Assembly: GCF_030028105.1 (NCBI RefSeq)
Contig: NC_092377.1
Span: 77,158,569-77,222,568, forward strand
From: Mobula birostris
Taxonomy: Eukaryota
Direction of reading: 5' to 3'
Length of the DNA: 64,000 nucleotides
Numbering within the stretch: the stretch's first letter is position 1; each line of letters starts with the position of its first letter. Shown here one piece after another: positions 38,231 to 51,400 of this stretch. The notes beneath the pieces are model-generated. The model saw only the letters and a list, made by a program, of their open reading frames with translations. It ran no database searches and was not told the origin of the DNA. A program made the position numbers and the translations under genes.

Positions 38231-38694
38231 TGAGTTTATACGGTGCTTTGAAAACCAGGATTCAGTAGCATTACCTCATTTAAATTATATCTTTCTTCAC
38301 TGTTCTTCATACTAAATTCCATTTCTCCACATGATGATTCACAAGCTATTTTTTACCCATTACTTACACACCTATAATCCTTTGTAGAGTTTGTATGTCT
38401 TCCTCACAACTTACTCCTTACCATCTATATAGCAGAATCTGAATCAGGTTTAGTATCACTGTCTTCTATGATATAAAACTAATTGATTGATGGCAGCTGT
38501 ACAGTGCAAAGACATAAAATTACTATAAATTTCAAATTAAATTCATAGTCCGATAAAGTAATAATGACGCAGTGTTCATAGAAACCTTACAGCAGCAACT
38601 ATTGGTATAATGTACTTGGTTGCTTCATTTAAATCCTCAGCAAGGATTTTTAATAGCTGAGGTCCCAGCACTGAACCCACAGCATGGTCATAAT

Positions 38695-39070
38695 TATGTG
38701 TCATATGACATAGGCGATCATGGTCCATGACCATGATTTTTCCTGGCAAAATTTTCCACAGAAATTGTTCGCCCTTGCCTTCTTCTGGGAAGTGCCTTTA
38801 CAAGGTGGGTGACTCCAGCCATTGTCAATACTCTTTAGAGATTGTCTGCCTGGCGTCGGTGGTTGCATTACCAGGACTCATGATATGCACCAGCTGCTCA
38901 TACGACCATCCACCACTTGCTCCCATGTCTTCATGTGACCCTAATCGGTGGGGGTGGGGGTGGGGGTGTGGTTAAGCAGGTGCTACACCTTGCCCAAGAA
39001 TGACCTGCAGGCTAGAGGGAAGGAACAGCTTACACCTCCTTTGATAGAGACATATCGCCACCCTGCCACC
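38695..39070 (-). mobile_element. Non-coding RTE-type bipartite element (SINE-like)
   Basis: The minus strand has an RTE-like 'cagaagaaggcaagggcgaac...ttttgccaggaaaatcatgg' segment, a 3' hairpin 'atcatggtc atg gaccatgat' and a structured GC-rich 5' end. Confidence 0.6.
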
Positions 39071-42000
39071 TTAAAACAATTAGCCATTTCTCCTTGCTCT
39101 ATAATTTCGGTCATATTTCACTCTCTGCTTTCCTATGGGGCAAGCTGTCATGTAGCACCTTACTTAATATTGTTTAAAAATTCATATGCCCACTATATCC
39201 TTTGGATTCCCTCTATCTACTCTGCTAGTTATAACCTTTGTGCTGCCTTAGTAGTCAGTTATTTTTATTTGTCATTTAGCACCCTTTGCTAGTAGTTTTG
39301 TATAGCAGTCATTTCGGTCATGTGATCTGTCTCTCTAGTTGATGACATCATCAGTAGGCGTCGAGACAGTTCTCCATGTAGAGTGGAGGGAGAGCTTGTG
39401 CCTTTTCATCCGACATCATCCTGACGTTCAGGTCTTTGAAAGCATCGTCAGTATGTAAAAGTAATCTTTGGGATTATTACTTATTGATGTATATGCATAT
39501 TTCCACAAATCGGAGATACTTGAACAGTTTGTGTGCAGTTAAAATACAGATGGAATATTCATGCGGGCCACATGTTCTGGCTAACCTGTAGTGAGAAAAT
39601 GTGCATAAGATACATTGTATGTAGCAACATCTTGCTTACCAGTAGCCTATCTTTATGATATATTTGGAACTTATTTGTATACAGTATCATGTGTATTATT
39701 TTGTATCATTTGTGGTATACTTAATGCTTGCCTTGTACTTACCATAATGGGAATTTGGACACCTTTTGATTGTATGTTTTTCTTTCTGTCAATTTTACAC
39801 TAGCGCCAGTTGCTACATTAAAGAAAGTCAACTTGGAACGACTTTGTCAGTGTAGTAATTGGGGATGGATTTCATCTGCCTGTCAATTCATGCAAGGCAT
39901 GTGAAGAGGACAGGACATCCTTGAAGAATTCTAATACATTTTTCAAACGTAATTTCCCTTTCATTAAGCTATATCACTTCTGCCTAATTGTATTTTGATT
40001 TTCTAAAGGTACTTTCCTAATTCCTGAGTTTTATTCAAGGAAAGGGTTTGATTGGCCAAATAATCTGTTTTGATGTGATTCCTTGTTTTTGAAGTTGATC
40101 TTATGATGCCATTTTTGGTTAGAATTAAACACCAATTTCATCAGAAGCCATCAATACTCAAAGAGCTAGGTCATCATCTAGCTTCTTAGTACTATAAATT
40201 ACCATGGAAAGCAGCCTGCTTGGTGTCTATTATTACAAGGATTTGTGACAATAACTTCCTGTTTCCATAAGGATATCAAGAGGTCACAGAGAACATCATC
40301 AAGAGGTAGAACGTTTGATGAAATACTAGTTTATCTTTAAGGTAGTTTCTATCTTTATTGTCATACTGCCATAGAGAGTCATAGCATGGAGATAGTTCCC
40401 TTGGTCCAACCCAATCACTCTGATTATGGTGCCCACAAAGCTAGTCCCAATTGCCTGTGTTTGGCCCTGTCTCTCTAAACCCTCCCATCTATGAACTTAT
40501 CCAAATATCACTTGGAATTGTGTTGAAATAGTTGAATTCTAAGATTTGCTTATAATCTGGAACCTGAGAAATGAGCTGTAAAAATCTTTCTGTTTATAGG
40601 AGGTTGGTTCTGCCAACTTCTGCGAATTGGCTACATTAAGGTTAAAGCTACCACTGCAAAGACAAAAAGCTGTGGAGGAATGTAGTTTATTGGAAAGGTG
40701 ACTTCAAATTGGTGAGGATTGTTCATTTACTATTTACTCAAAAAGAGAGCGAAAGAAACAAAAAGAAAATTGAGTTACAGTGCGCCTTCTGTCCAAAACC
40801 ATGGAATATGCTGGCCATTGGCAAGTTCGCATCTAATTCATGCATCACCCTGGTTCAGAGTATTTAATTATTCTGTTTTAAAGTTCAAAACTCAAAGTAA
40901 ATTTATGATCAAAGAATGTATATGTCATAATATACTACCTTGAGATTCATTTTCTTGTAGGCATTCACAGCGTAACAAAGAAATACAATAGAATCAATGT
41001 AAAACTACCGACAAAGACAAACAAACAATTAATATGGAAAAGAAGACAAACTAGCAAGTACAAAAATAATAATAAATAAATGAGCAATACGGGGAGACAA
41101 GAGATTCTGCAGCTGCTGTAAATCCAGAGTTACACACATGAAATGCTAAAGGAACTCAGCAGGTCAGGCAGCATTTATGGAAAGGAATAAAGACATGACA
41201 TTTCAGGTTGAGGCCCCTCACGATACAGAGAACATGAGTTGCAGAGTACTTGAAAGAGAGTCCATAGGTTGTGGAATCAGTGCAGAATAGTGGTGACTGA
41301 AGTTAGCCACACTGGTGACTGAAGGGTGTGGTTGAAGGCAGCTTTACAGCTGGTCAAGAGAAGACTGTCTACTACATGGTCCAAAGCATTAAATTTCGGC
41401 CTTGCCAATAGCGGTCACATCCAGCAATTGAATATAGAAAATGTCTTATCCTAGATTTTCAATATTTGCCAAAGCCACTATAATACCACACACATTCTTA
41501 CATTCTCTCACCTTGAATACTTGCAGGCTGCTATTTCTCCCCTGTTAATAGCAGAAAGGATGCGGTTCCTCTTATCACTTCCCAGCCCATCTTTATTAAG
41601 ATGCTGCTTCAGGTCCACAGCTTGTGTGTACACTGTCAGATTCCCTTCCAACTTTAGCTGGCAGTCATCTTGTCAACATCTTACCCATCAAGAGCTAATA
41701 GTACACCATCAGCAGGTGAATTATAACAACCCTCCATCAGTATCTGTTTTTTTTATTTATTTTTTGGAACAGTCATCTCAATTGGCAAGATTCCTCTTAA
41801 AGCCTCATTTAACATTAGACAAACTAAGCAAGTCAGACAATGTGCACATAGCTGGTAGACGTCCAAAAGTTATTGCTGCGTAAGTTCAAATGATTAAAGA
41901 AAGGAAGTATTGATCAGAATAAATCAACATCATAAAATAATGCCGACTATGGGATCAGCACCATTACACTGGTAGATCACTCAGCCCTTGACTCTTGCCT

Positions 42001-42700
42001 GGAGTACAATAAGGTCCAATAATGGGGTTTAAGCTAAATTTGCAGGGGGCAGGGATCCAGAATGTGAGAGAGGATAGCGAGATGAAGTATAAAGGACAGG
42101 TGGGGACTACACAGTTCCGGCATATTAAGTGTGAAGTAGAGAAAGGTGAGGCGGAATGAGTGATAAGGAGGATACATGTGCAGAGGGATGGTCTGATGGA
42201 GCGTGGAGTTAAATGTGCAGAAAGAGTAAGTAAATTTAAGAAGGACAACAAAATTCAAGGAGCGTATAGCCCGGTGAGAGTTCGGGGAGCTGGGTTATGC
42301 ACAATAGGTAGCGATTTAAACAGAGAGAGGAGAAGTGGGTTAAAAATTCTATATCTGAATGCACGAAGTGTCAGAAATAAGGCGGATGAGCTTGAAGCCC
42401 AGGTGCGAATAGGTAACTATGACGTTGTTGGGATAACGGAGACATGGCTGCAGGGGGATCAGACCTGGGAATTGAATGTACAAGGGTATACGTGCTATCG
42501 AAGGGACAGAAAGGTGCAGAGGGGGTGGGGTGGCCCTGTTGGTGAGGAATAAGATTCAGTCCCTTGCAAGGGGGGACATAGAATCAGGAGAAGTAGAGTC
42601 AGTGTGGATAGAACTGAGGAACAGTAAGCGCAAAAAGACCCTAATAGGTGTTATCTACAGGCCCCCAAACAGTAGCATGGATATTGGGTGCAAGTTGTAT

Positions 42701-43273
42701 TGTTGTTGTTCGTCCATCGTTGATGTCGATGAGGACCTCGACACCATAATGATGGTGTCGAGACTAGCGCGTGATTTGGATTTAAGTGAGGGAGAGTTGC
42801 GCAGCGTCAGCCTCACTCTCTCTTCCCAATTCCCATCTGGGTCCAGTGGCAAGACAGAGTCTAGACGGCTAGAGATGGGACTAGGCGTAGTGGATGACCA
42901 GGACATCTTCTGTGTCTTGTCCTGCTCTACACGTTCCACGATGCTTGCAGAGACCGCCTTCTTGACCGTTGGACCTTCCATTGGTCTCGTCCGCTCAATC
43001 CGCCAGAGTCTGTCTTCACATGCTGGGATAGACAACTCCCTATCTCACCGAGGGTTTGAGACCCGTCGGCTACCCTCACCTGGTTTAGCCGGCTTGTCGA
43101 AGCCGTTGCCTGGGTTGTGGCCGCTGTCGCATGCAAACAGCTACGGGGAGCCACAGGTGAGAGCTGAGTGCCAGGTGGGGACCAAAGGTGGACTAACCGC
43201 CCTGAAAAGGATGCGACATGTTCTCCCACCAGAGGTGCTACCCCTCCCTGACACCCCATATACCATATAACCC
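42701..43273 (-). mobile_element. Non-autonomous RTE-type retroelement inserted in the CR1 endonuclease
   Basis: A perfect 10-bp TSD CAAGTTGTAT lies at 42691-42700 and 43274-43283. It has an (AAC)n tail, an 11-bp perfect 3' hairpin CTCGACACCAT/ATGGTGTCGAG and a CpG-rich body. Confidence 0.9.
43075..43257 (-). ncRNA. Putative HDV-like (delta-like) self-cleaving ribozyme at the 5' end of the RTE-type element
   Basis: The helices appear in canonical nested double-pseudoknot order: P1 GGGGUGU/ACAACCC, P2 CUCACCUG/CAGGUGAG, P3 GGC/GCC, L3 starting UCC, AG-GCAA, P4 CGGCUU-CGAC-AAGCCG, J4/2 GCUAA. Folded by eye only. Confidence 0.6.
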
Positions 43274-46200
43274 CAAGTTGTATAGGGAGTTAATAATGGC
43301 ATGTGGCAAAGGAAATGTCGCAGTAGTTATGGGGGATTTCAACATGCAGGTGAACTGGGAAAATCAGGTTGGTACTGGACCCCAGGAGAGGGAGTTTGTA
43401 GAGTGCCTACGGGATGCATTTTTGGAGCAGCTTGTACGAGAGCCGACCAGGGATAAGGCTATTCTGGATTTAGTATTGTGCAATGAACAGGATTTGATAA
43501 GTGATCTTGAAGTAAAGGAACCATTAGGAGGTAGTGACCATAATGTGATAAGTTTTTATCTGCAAGTTGAGAGGGATAAGGGCAGATCAGAAGTGTCAGT
43601 ATTGCAGTTGAACAAAGGAGACTATGGAGCCACGAGGGAGGAGCTGGCCAAAGTTGACTGGTCGGATATCCTAGCAGAAAAGACAGTGGAACAGCAATGG
43701 CAGGTATTCTTGGGAATAATGCACAAGGTGCAAAATCAGTTCATCCCCTGGAGAAGGAAGGATTCAAAGGGGGGAAAGTGGCCACAGTGGTTGACAAAGG
43801 AAGTCAGAGATAGCATAGCATTAAAAAAGAAGTATAACAAAGCTAAGGTGAGTGGGAAGACGGATGATTGGGAAATTTTTAAGGAGCAACAGAACTTAAC
43901 TAAAAAGGCAATACGGGGAGAAAAAATGAGGTATGAACGCAAGCTAGCTAGGAATATAAAGGAGGATAGCAAAAGTTTTTTTAGGTATGTGAAGAGAAGG
44001 AAGATAGTTAAGAACAATGTTGGGCCCCTGAAGAATGAATTGGGAGAAATTGTTATGGGAAACAGAGAAATGGCAGACGAATTTAATAAGTACTTTGGAT
44101 CTGTCTTCACTAGGGAAGACACAAGCAATCTCCCAGATGTATGGATGGGCCAAGGACATAGGGTAACAGAGGAACTGAAACAGATTGACATTAGGAAGGA
44201 AACGGTGATGAGTAGACTGATGGGACTGAAGGCTAACAAATCCCCAGGTCCAGATGGTCTGCATCCCAGGGTACTAAAGGAGGTGGCTCTGGAAATTGCG
44301 GATGCATTGGTGATCATTTTCCAATGTTCCTTAGATTCAGGATCAGTTCCTGAGGATTGGCGAATGGCTAATGTTATCCCACTTTTTAAGAAAGGAGGGA
44401 GGGAGAAAACAGAGAACTATCACCCTGTTAGCCTAACATCAGCAGTGGGGAAGATGCTAAAGATGAAATAGCGGCATATCTTGATAGCAGTGATAAGATT
44501 GGGCCGAGCCATTATGGATTTACCAAGGGCAAATCATGCTTGACTAATCTATTGGAGTTTTTCGAGGATGTAACCAGGAAGATAGACGCGGGAGATCCAG
44601 TGGATGTGGTGTACCTTGACTTTCAGAAGGCATTTGATAAGGTACCACATAGGAGATTGGTGGGCAAAATCAGAGCTCATGGCATTTGGGGGAGGATATT
44701 GACATGGATAGAAAACTGGTTGGCAGATAGAAAGCAAAGGGTAGCAGTGAATGGGTGTTTTTCGGAATGGCAGGTGGTGACAAGTGGGGTGCCACAGGGC
44801 TCGGTATTGGGACCACAGCTGTTTACGATTTACGTCAGTGATTTAGAGGAAGGCATTGTGAATAACATCAGCAAGTTTGCTAATGATACTAAGCTGGGTG
44901 GCAGTGTGACATGTGATGAGGATGTTAGGAGAATTCAAGGTGACTTGGATAGGCTGGGTGAGTGGGCAGAAACTTGGCAGATGGCGTTTAATGTGAATAA
45001 GTGTGAGGTTATTCACTTTGGGAGCAAGAACAGGAAGGCAGATTATTATCTGAACGGTGTGGAGTTAGGTAAGGGAGAAATACAAAGAGATCTAGGAGTA
45101 CTTGTTCATCAGTCTCTGAAGGTGAATGAGCAAGTGCAGCCGGCAGTGAAGAAGGCTAATGGAATGTTGGCCTTTATTACAAAGGGAATTGAGTACAAGA
45201 GCAAGGAAATCCTTTTGCATTTGTACAGGGCCCTGGTGAGACCACACCTGGAGTATTATGTGCAGTTTTGGTCGCCAGGGTTAAGGAAGGACATCCTGGC
45301 TGTGGAGGAGGTGCAGCGTAGGTTCACTAGGTTAATTCCTGGGATGTCTGGACTGTCTTACGCAGAGAGGTTAGAGAGACTGGGCTTGTACACGCTGGAA
45401 CTAAGGAGATTGAGGGGGGATCTGATTGAGACATATAAGATTATTAAGGGATTGGACAAGATAGAGGCAGGAAATATGTTCCAGATGCTGGGAGAGTCAA
45501 TACCAGAGGGCATGGTTTAAGAATAAGGGGTAGGTCATTTAGGACAGAGTTGAGGAGGAACTTCTTCTCCCAGAGAGTTGTGGAGGTGTGGAATGCGCTG
45601 CCTCAGAAGGCAGTGGAGGCCAATTCTCTGGATGCTTTCAAGAAGGAGCTAGATAGGTATCTTATGGATAGGGGAATCAAAGGTTATGGGGACAAGGCAG
45701 GAACCAGGTATTGATAGTAGATGATCAGCCATGATCTCAGAATGGCGGTGCAGGCTCGAAGGGCCGAATGGTCTACTTCTGCACCTATTGTCAATTGTCT
45801 ATAAGGTCAAAGTAATCCTATATTTCAATTTTGTCTTCTTGTTCTGATTGAGATCACCAGAACCCCTTCACGTTCCCTATAGCTGTTAGAGGAGGTGTTT
45901 GCAGATTAAGAACAGTATGAAGACAAGCTTTTTGGTGGAGTGACAGAGTATCTACCATCTCCTAGCAGACTGACTTTCCTTCTCCAGATGACTGTTTAAA
46001 ATTATTTTTAGAAGGATTTCCAAAGTTCTGTGTTATATCTACATGAATTCTACATTGAGTATTCCATATTTAATATTCAAAGTAAATTTATTTTCAAAGT
46101 ACGTATATAATCACCACATACTACCAAGAGTTTCATTTTCTTGCGGGCATTCACAGTAAATATAAAGAAACACAATGAAAAGCTACACACGAACAAAGAT

Positions 46201-47254
46201 GGGCAAACTACCAATGCACAAAAGAAGAAAAACTGTGCAAGCTTTAAAATAATAATAATAAATAAGTACTAAATAATACTGAGAAGATGAGTTGTAGAAT
46301 CCTTGAAAGTGAGTCCATGGGTTGTGGAATCAGTTCAGTGTTGGGTTGAGCGAGGTTGTCAAGGAAATTGCTGATGATGTGTGAGAGAGGGGGAAGCTGT
46401 ATCTGACTAACAGTGTCTGTTCCTTTGGGGAGTAGAAGCTGAGACCTCTTCGTCAAATGGAAAACAAGACGTGGATGCACTGGAAGGAGAAGGAAAGTGT
46501 GTTTCCTAAAACACCAATATTTGGAGTAGTGGTAACCACAAAGTCCAAGATTTGAATGGCTGAGCTAACCTGAACTACCTGGCTCTGATATTCAGCTCCT
46601 GTGCTGGTCACATCCAGCAGAAGAAATAGTTTCCCTCCATCTATTGTATCGACATCTTTGATCATCTTAAACATTGCAATTAAATAACCCCTTAGTCTTT
46701 ATCCATGAGGGAATGTGCTTCATTGCTTCCTGGAGTTCACTCTAATTATGGAAGAACCAACTTAAGGGAACTATTAACTACCATCTAATAAATGTGACAC
46801 CAAAAGATGCTGTTTTGCGTTAGGATTCAGCATATGAAGTTGAATGGTCCTTTCCTTTCCATTGTTAGATCTGAAGAAATACAGTCACTTCATCAGTATC
46901 ATTGTATGCAGCTGTCAGGATTTGCTCTATCCTGCTGTGACTGCTAATTATGAACCTTGCACTTCACAGGACAAATCACCCAGAGGCCTGAGTTATTTTT
47001 CCCACTCTGGCAACTGATTATGTAAATATGTATCATTCTAATAAGCTGGTGCCAGTAAAGGTGGCCATGAAATCAGTGAGAACCAATTTGGCTCTCTCAG
47101 TCCTTCAGGGAAAGAAATTGTCCACCTTTTATCTGGTCTGTTTGTTGCATATTTCTGGACCAAAGTCAATTTGGTTGACACTTAACTCCCTCCGAAACTG
47201 CTAGGCAAGCCACCCAATTCAAGACCAATAAAAAAAGCAGGATTGCTGATGACT

Positions 47255-48000
47255 GCGGAGTGCTGTAGTCTCAGCCAGCTCCAGCACAAGCACAACCCTC
47301 CTGCCATCAAAGAAGGATGCCTCAAGAAGATACATCAAACATGAATGGCTCTCACCATCGGGCAAACGCCCCCCTTCGTGGTATTACAATCAGGGTGGAG
47401 CTACAGGAGCCTGAAGACCTATACTCAATATGTTAGGAACAACTTCTTCCCCCCACCATCAGACTTCTGAACAGCCCATATCGTGTGGATAGTCGGAGGC
47501 TTTTTTCCAGGGCTAAAATGGTTCCCACCAGAGGACACAGGTTTAAGGTGCTGGGGAGTAGGTACAGAGGAGATGTCAGGAGTAAGTTTTTTATGCAGAG
47601 GGTGGTGGGTGCGTGGTATGGGCTGCCAGCATTGGTGGAGGAGACGGATACGATAGGGTCTTTTAAGAGACTTTTGGATAAGTACATGGAGCTTAGAAAA
47701 ATAGAGGGCTATGTGTAAGCCTAGTAATTTCTAAGGTAGGGGCATGTTCAGCACAACTTTGTGGGCCGAAGGACCTGTATTGTGCTGTAGGTTTTCTATG
47801 TTTCTATGTTTCTAACTCATGAACCTCGGGATTCATCTTTTCATCTTATTTATATAATGATCTTTCCATCATTATTCATCTTTTGCACTATTTATTCTTA
47901 TAACTTATAGTAATTTTTCTGTTTTGCACTGTAGTGCTGCCACAAAACAACACATTTCACTATATATGTCAGTGATAGTAAAGCTGATTCTGATTCTACT
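47255..48000 (+). mobile_element. Rex1/Babar 3' fragment interrupted by a CR1 3' fragment (47480-47815)
   Basis: The outer copy reads 'aggaacaacttcttcccc...' and ends in a (GATTCT) tail at 47985. The inner ORF DSRRLFSRA....TRGHRFKV...FF.QRVV has a (TTTCTATG)n tail. Confidence 0.85.
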
Positions 48001-48217
48001 TTTAATCCTTCCAAGTCAGGATTCTGCAAGCAGCCTCTGCTGCTTTTGGCTGCAATTTGAAAAGATAGATATTTTTAGAAACAAAACTATCAAATAGTTG
48101 GAACCAAGTTATGTAAGGAATTAAGATCTCGAAATCAGTGCCAAATTAAAAACAAAATCAGACCTCAGAAGAGCAAGGTTCAATGCATGGAAAGTTAGGC
48201 CAGCTCATGTACCTCTA

Positions 48218-48408
48218 GCAAAAAATGAACTGTTAGAGGAGCTCAATGATTCAAACAGCATCTGTTGGAGCAAGGAATTGTCTGCATTTCCGGGCAAGGC
48301 TCTAGATTTTTCCTCCTCTACCCCTCACTCTGCTCCCCCACAGATGCTGAGTTCCTCCAGCGTTTTGATTTGTTGCTGTAGGTTCCAGCATCTGTAGTCT
48401 CTTGAGTC
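48218..48408. mobile_element. Penelope-derived inverted terminal fragments
   Basis: 'cagcatctgttggag' and 'cccacagatgctgagttcctccagc...ccagcatctgtagtc' are inverted pLTR pieces. Confidence 0.55.
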
Positions 48409-51400
48409 CTCGTGCACCTCTGGCACGAGTACCAAAATGCAGGTGATGGCTGGAGCCTTGTAAAGAAGGCAGAGAGAAAGGTAAGGTAGGGCCACAGAGG
48501 GAGAATCATCTGGCTCGAGACCAGATCATCAAAGTATAAAAACTACAAAGACCAGAGGTGGTGATGATAGCAGAAGGAGGATAGGTTCACCTACAAAGGC
48601 AGGAGACAGGTGTGGGATCTAAGAGATGGGATTGCATTTTAATCTGGAAGTGTAAAATGATTTAAGGAGAAATATTTGTTGCAAAAGCAAAAATGTTATC
48701 TATGGGATCACTTTAAATTTGGTGGGCTTACTTGAAACCATGGATTTTGGAGACTAACTGTGTTCAGAGGGCCAAGGCCTACTCCAATAGATAGTGAAAG
48801 TTAAGAATTATCCCAAATTTTACCACAATGAAGGAAAAACCATTAAATCAACACATGCTCTAATTATAGAATCAGTAGATGCAAGATTTTATTAGTACTA
48901 CGGAGAGGAGGGTCCTTCTTATTTTGACCATAGGTGAAATCAGCTGTCCCCAGGCACTGTAAGTTGGACAATTGTCTGTCACCTTTGGATGTGGTTTTAA
49001 ATCCAGCTCAGACTGATCAGATGAAGATGTCTAGTGGCAGTAAGGGATTTATTTTAAATGGCTTGTGTCAGTTGCAGCTTACATCAGGAATTCAGATCAG
49101 GTTAGCTGCCATGCCACCTGTCCTGACTGCAGTTGCTGAAGGGTTTGACAGACGTTAAGAAACTAATCTAAAGATTTAGGAAATAAGCAGTTGGCAAATT
49201 GTCAGCTGTACTATATATAAGCGTAGGGGTCAGAGAGAATGAAAGTCTAATTTTAAGTTAGGATGATAAGACAGCAGGAGTTAGAGAGTTGGTGGATAAA
49301 ACATACCTTACATAATGTTGGCTACATTTCTTGTGAAGATTCACTGCTTCTAACTATTAGCCTGAGCAAAATGGTTTAAATCAAGTCTTACAGGGTATAA
49401 TGGAGTTGGACATTAATGCCTTTCATTTTTTAATGCAAACTCTTTTGGTGGGATAATTGGTGAACAGGACTCTCTGCCCTTGTACCAGAAAGGATGCCTG
49501 AGGAGGTTAAAACTTTTCAATGTGTTCTTTCTACACATATTTATTGTCTCCAGTTCACAACAAACAATAATTATTTAATGAAGAACTATATGTATAAGAA
49601 TGTGTAGGTCAAAGAAACTACTTTTGAATCTTTTTAGGGAATTATATTTTCACTGCAGACCAAATCAATAAGCTGTACATTAGTTAGATCAATAACTTCT
49701 CCTCGCATTCACCACATGTGTAATGATTCAAAAACTTCCACTGGACAATAAATTTCAGATATTGCACCACAATCTATTAATTTCATGATAAGACTTTAGA
49801 TAGCTCCCATTGTGAATCCATGGAATTTTACACACCAGAATGTAAAGACTCAAAGTGACGGAAGCAGCACTTTTTCAGCATGGGTAAGCCTGCTTTTTAA
49901 AGTTCATTTGCTAATTTGCTTTTTGTGTACTAGCACCAGTCTAAGAAAAGGTCATTGGTTTGTGGGTTTTGAAACAGTTTAATGGCTTCAAACATAAACA
50001 GTGTTGCACTACAAAAAAAGTGACGCGATCTTTGCAGGTTTGTGTACTCAATAAAGTTGTGTAAGTGTGGGAATGTGCACTGTAACCTGGCACAGTGAGA
50101 TCATTTATTGTGTTTTCGCAAATGCAGCTGGTTGTGGAGAAAATTGAGCCACGCTGTGGGAAGACATGCAATTGTTTTTGCAGTGTCTTCTCTAATAGGT
50201 TATAAGACCTTAGATATGTGTGGAGAGCCTTTGAAACATTGCCATAATTCATCATGGTCAGCAAGTCCATAAGAAATGGAAGTTACAATAGACTGTGCAT
50301 CCCCCTGAGTCTATTCCATATAGATCATGGCTAATATTTCACAATACTTTGTGCTTGATCCCCATGTCCCTTGATTCCTTTCACATCCAAAAAAAATCTA
50401 TCAATCTTAGCCCTGAACATACCCAATAACATCCACAGCTCTCTGGAGCAGAAGACTCTAAAGATCTACAGTTGAGTTATTGTCCAAAATGATCTTTATC
50501 CTAAGATTCTGCTGTCATGCCCAGCATTGCACGGCAAATACCGTAGTGGTTAGCACAACGCTTTACAGTACAGACTATCCGCGTTCACATCGCAGCACTA
50601 CCTGTAGGGAGTTTGTACATTCTGTCCATGACCATGTGTGTTTCCTTCTGCCACAGTCCAAAGGCATACTGGTTAGTAGGTTAATTGTTCATCGTAAATT
50701 GTTCTGTGCTTAGGCTAGGATTAAATTGAGAGGATTGCTGGGTAGTGTGGCTTGAAGGGCCAGAAGGACCAATTCCACATTGTATCTCAATAAAATAAAA
50801 TTTAAAAAAAATTCTGGGCCTTTAGCACCTTCAGTGCCTCTCCTATCAACATTTATCATAACTGTATAAATTGTAATGTCATTTATTGCAATCCTCTTTA
50901 TTGTTCTCTTAAATACCATGGAAAGTAGGCTCACCCGCTCGAAGAAGTTTGCCGTCAAGTGAGAGTGGGAAATTTTAGGGGATAAAATGTAAGTTCTGTT
51001 GAAATCAGTACTAGAGTCATTTTGATTTTCTATTTTTATTGGGCAAACATTGATAAAAGAGGGATGATACTGCAGTTTAATAATTATGTAAATTTCAAAG
51101 AAGAATGCAGAGTGAGGCTAGTGGTTAGATGCAGGTCAAAACAAATATATGCATCAGTATATTTAGGTAAAAGAAACAAAAGTCTAGAGTAAGATAATCG
51201 TTATAATTTATGTTATAATTTTGAACCTAGTGAACAATGCACTGATCTTCAAAGAGGACATCAGTTAAAAGAGGTTGAATTTTGACAGCAAAGATAAGGA
51301 TTTTTTTGTTCAATTTGTACTTTTATTTGTTTTAACAATTTATAGAGTATGATATGGAGCTTTAGACAATCAGGCTGAACCGTCTTGCCTGATTGTGTTC

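Larger units (their letters stand above)
42017..45800 (+). mobile_element. Near-complete CR1 ORF2 (APE endonuclease plus RT) with 3' UTR, inactivated by frameshifts and an insertion
   Basis: It reads LYLNARS..NK.DEL...[48 protein letters not shown] and FANDTK. A probable TSD ATAAGGTC lies at 42009-42016 and 45801-45808. Confidence 0.97.

Noticed and set aside
42476-43270. 264-aa ORF that looks like a novel endonuclease fusion protein
   Set aside because: It is the CR1 endonuclease frame reading by chance through the antisense of the inserted element. The insertion plus TSD adds 583 nt, which shifts the frame, and the CR1 is frameshifted upstream as well.
43736-44317. 193-aa minus ORF and similar antisense ORFs over LINEs (e.g. 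12058-12431, 17510-17883, 37806-38165)
   Set aside because: These are antisense shadows of retrotransposon ORF2.
48913-48965. Plus-strand 25-nt micro-exon-like AG...GTAAGT
   Set aside because: It is not a multiple of three, has no plus-strand gene context, and such matches are expected by chance.
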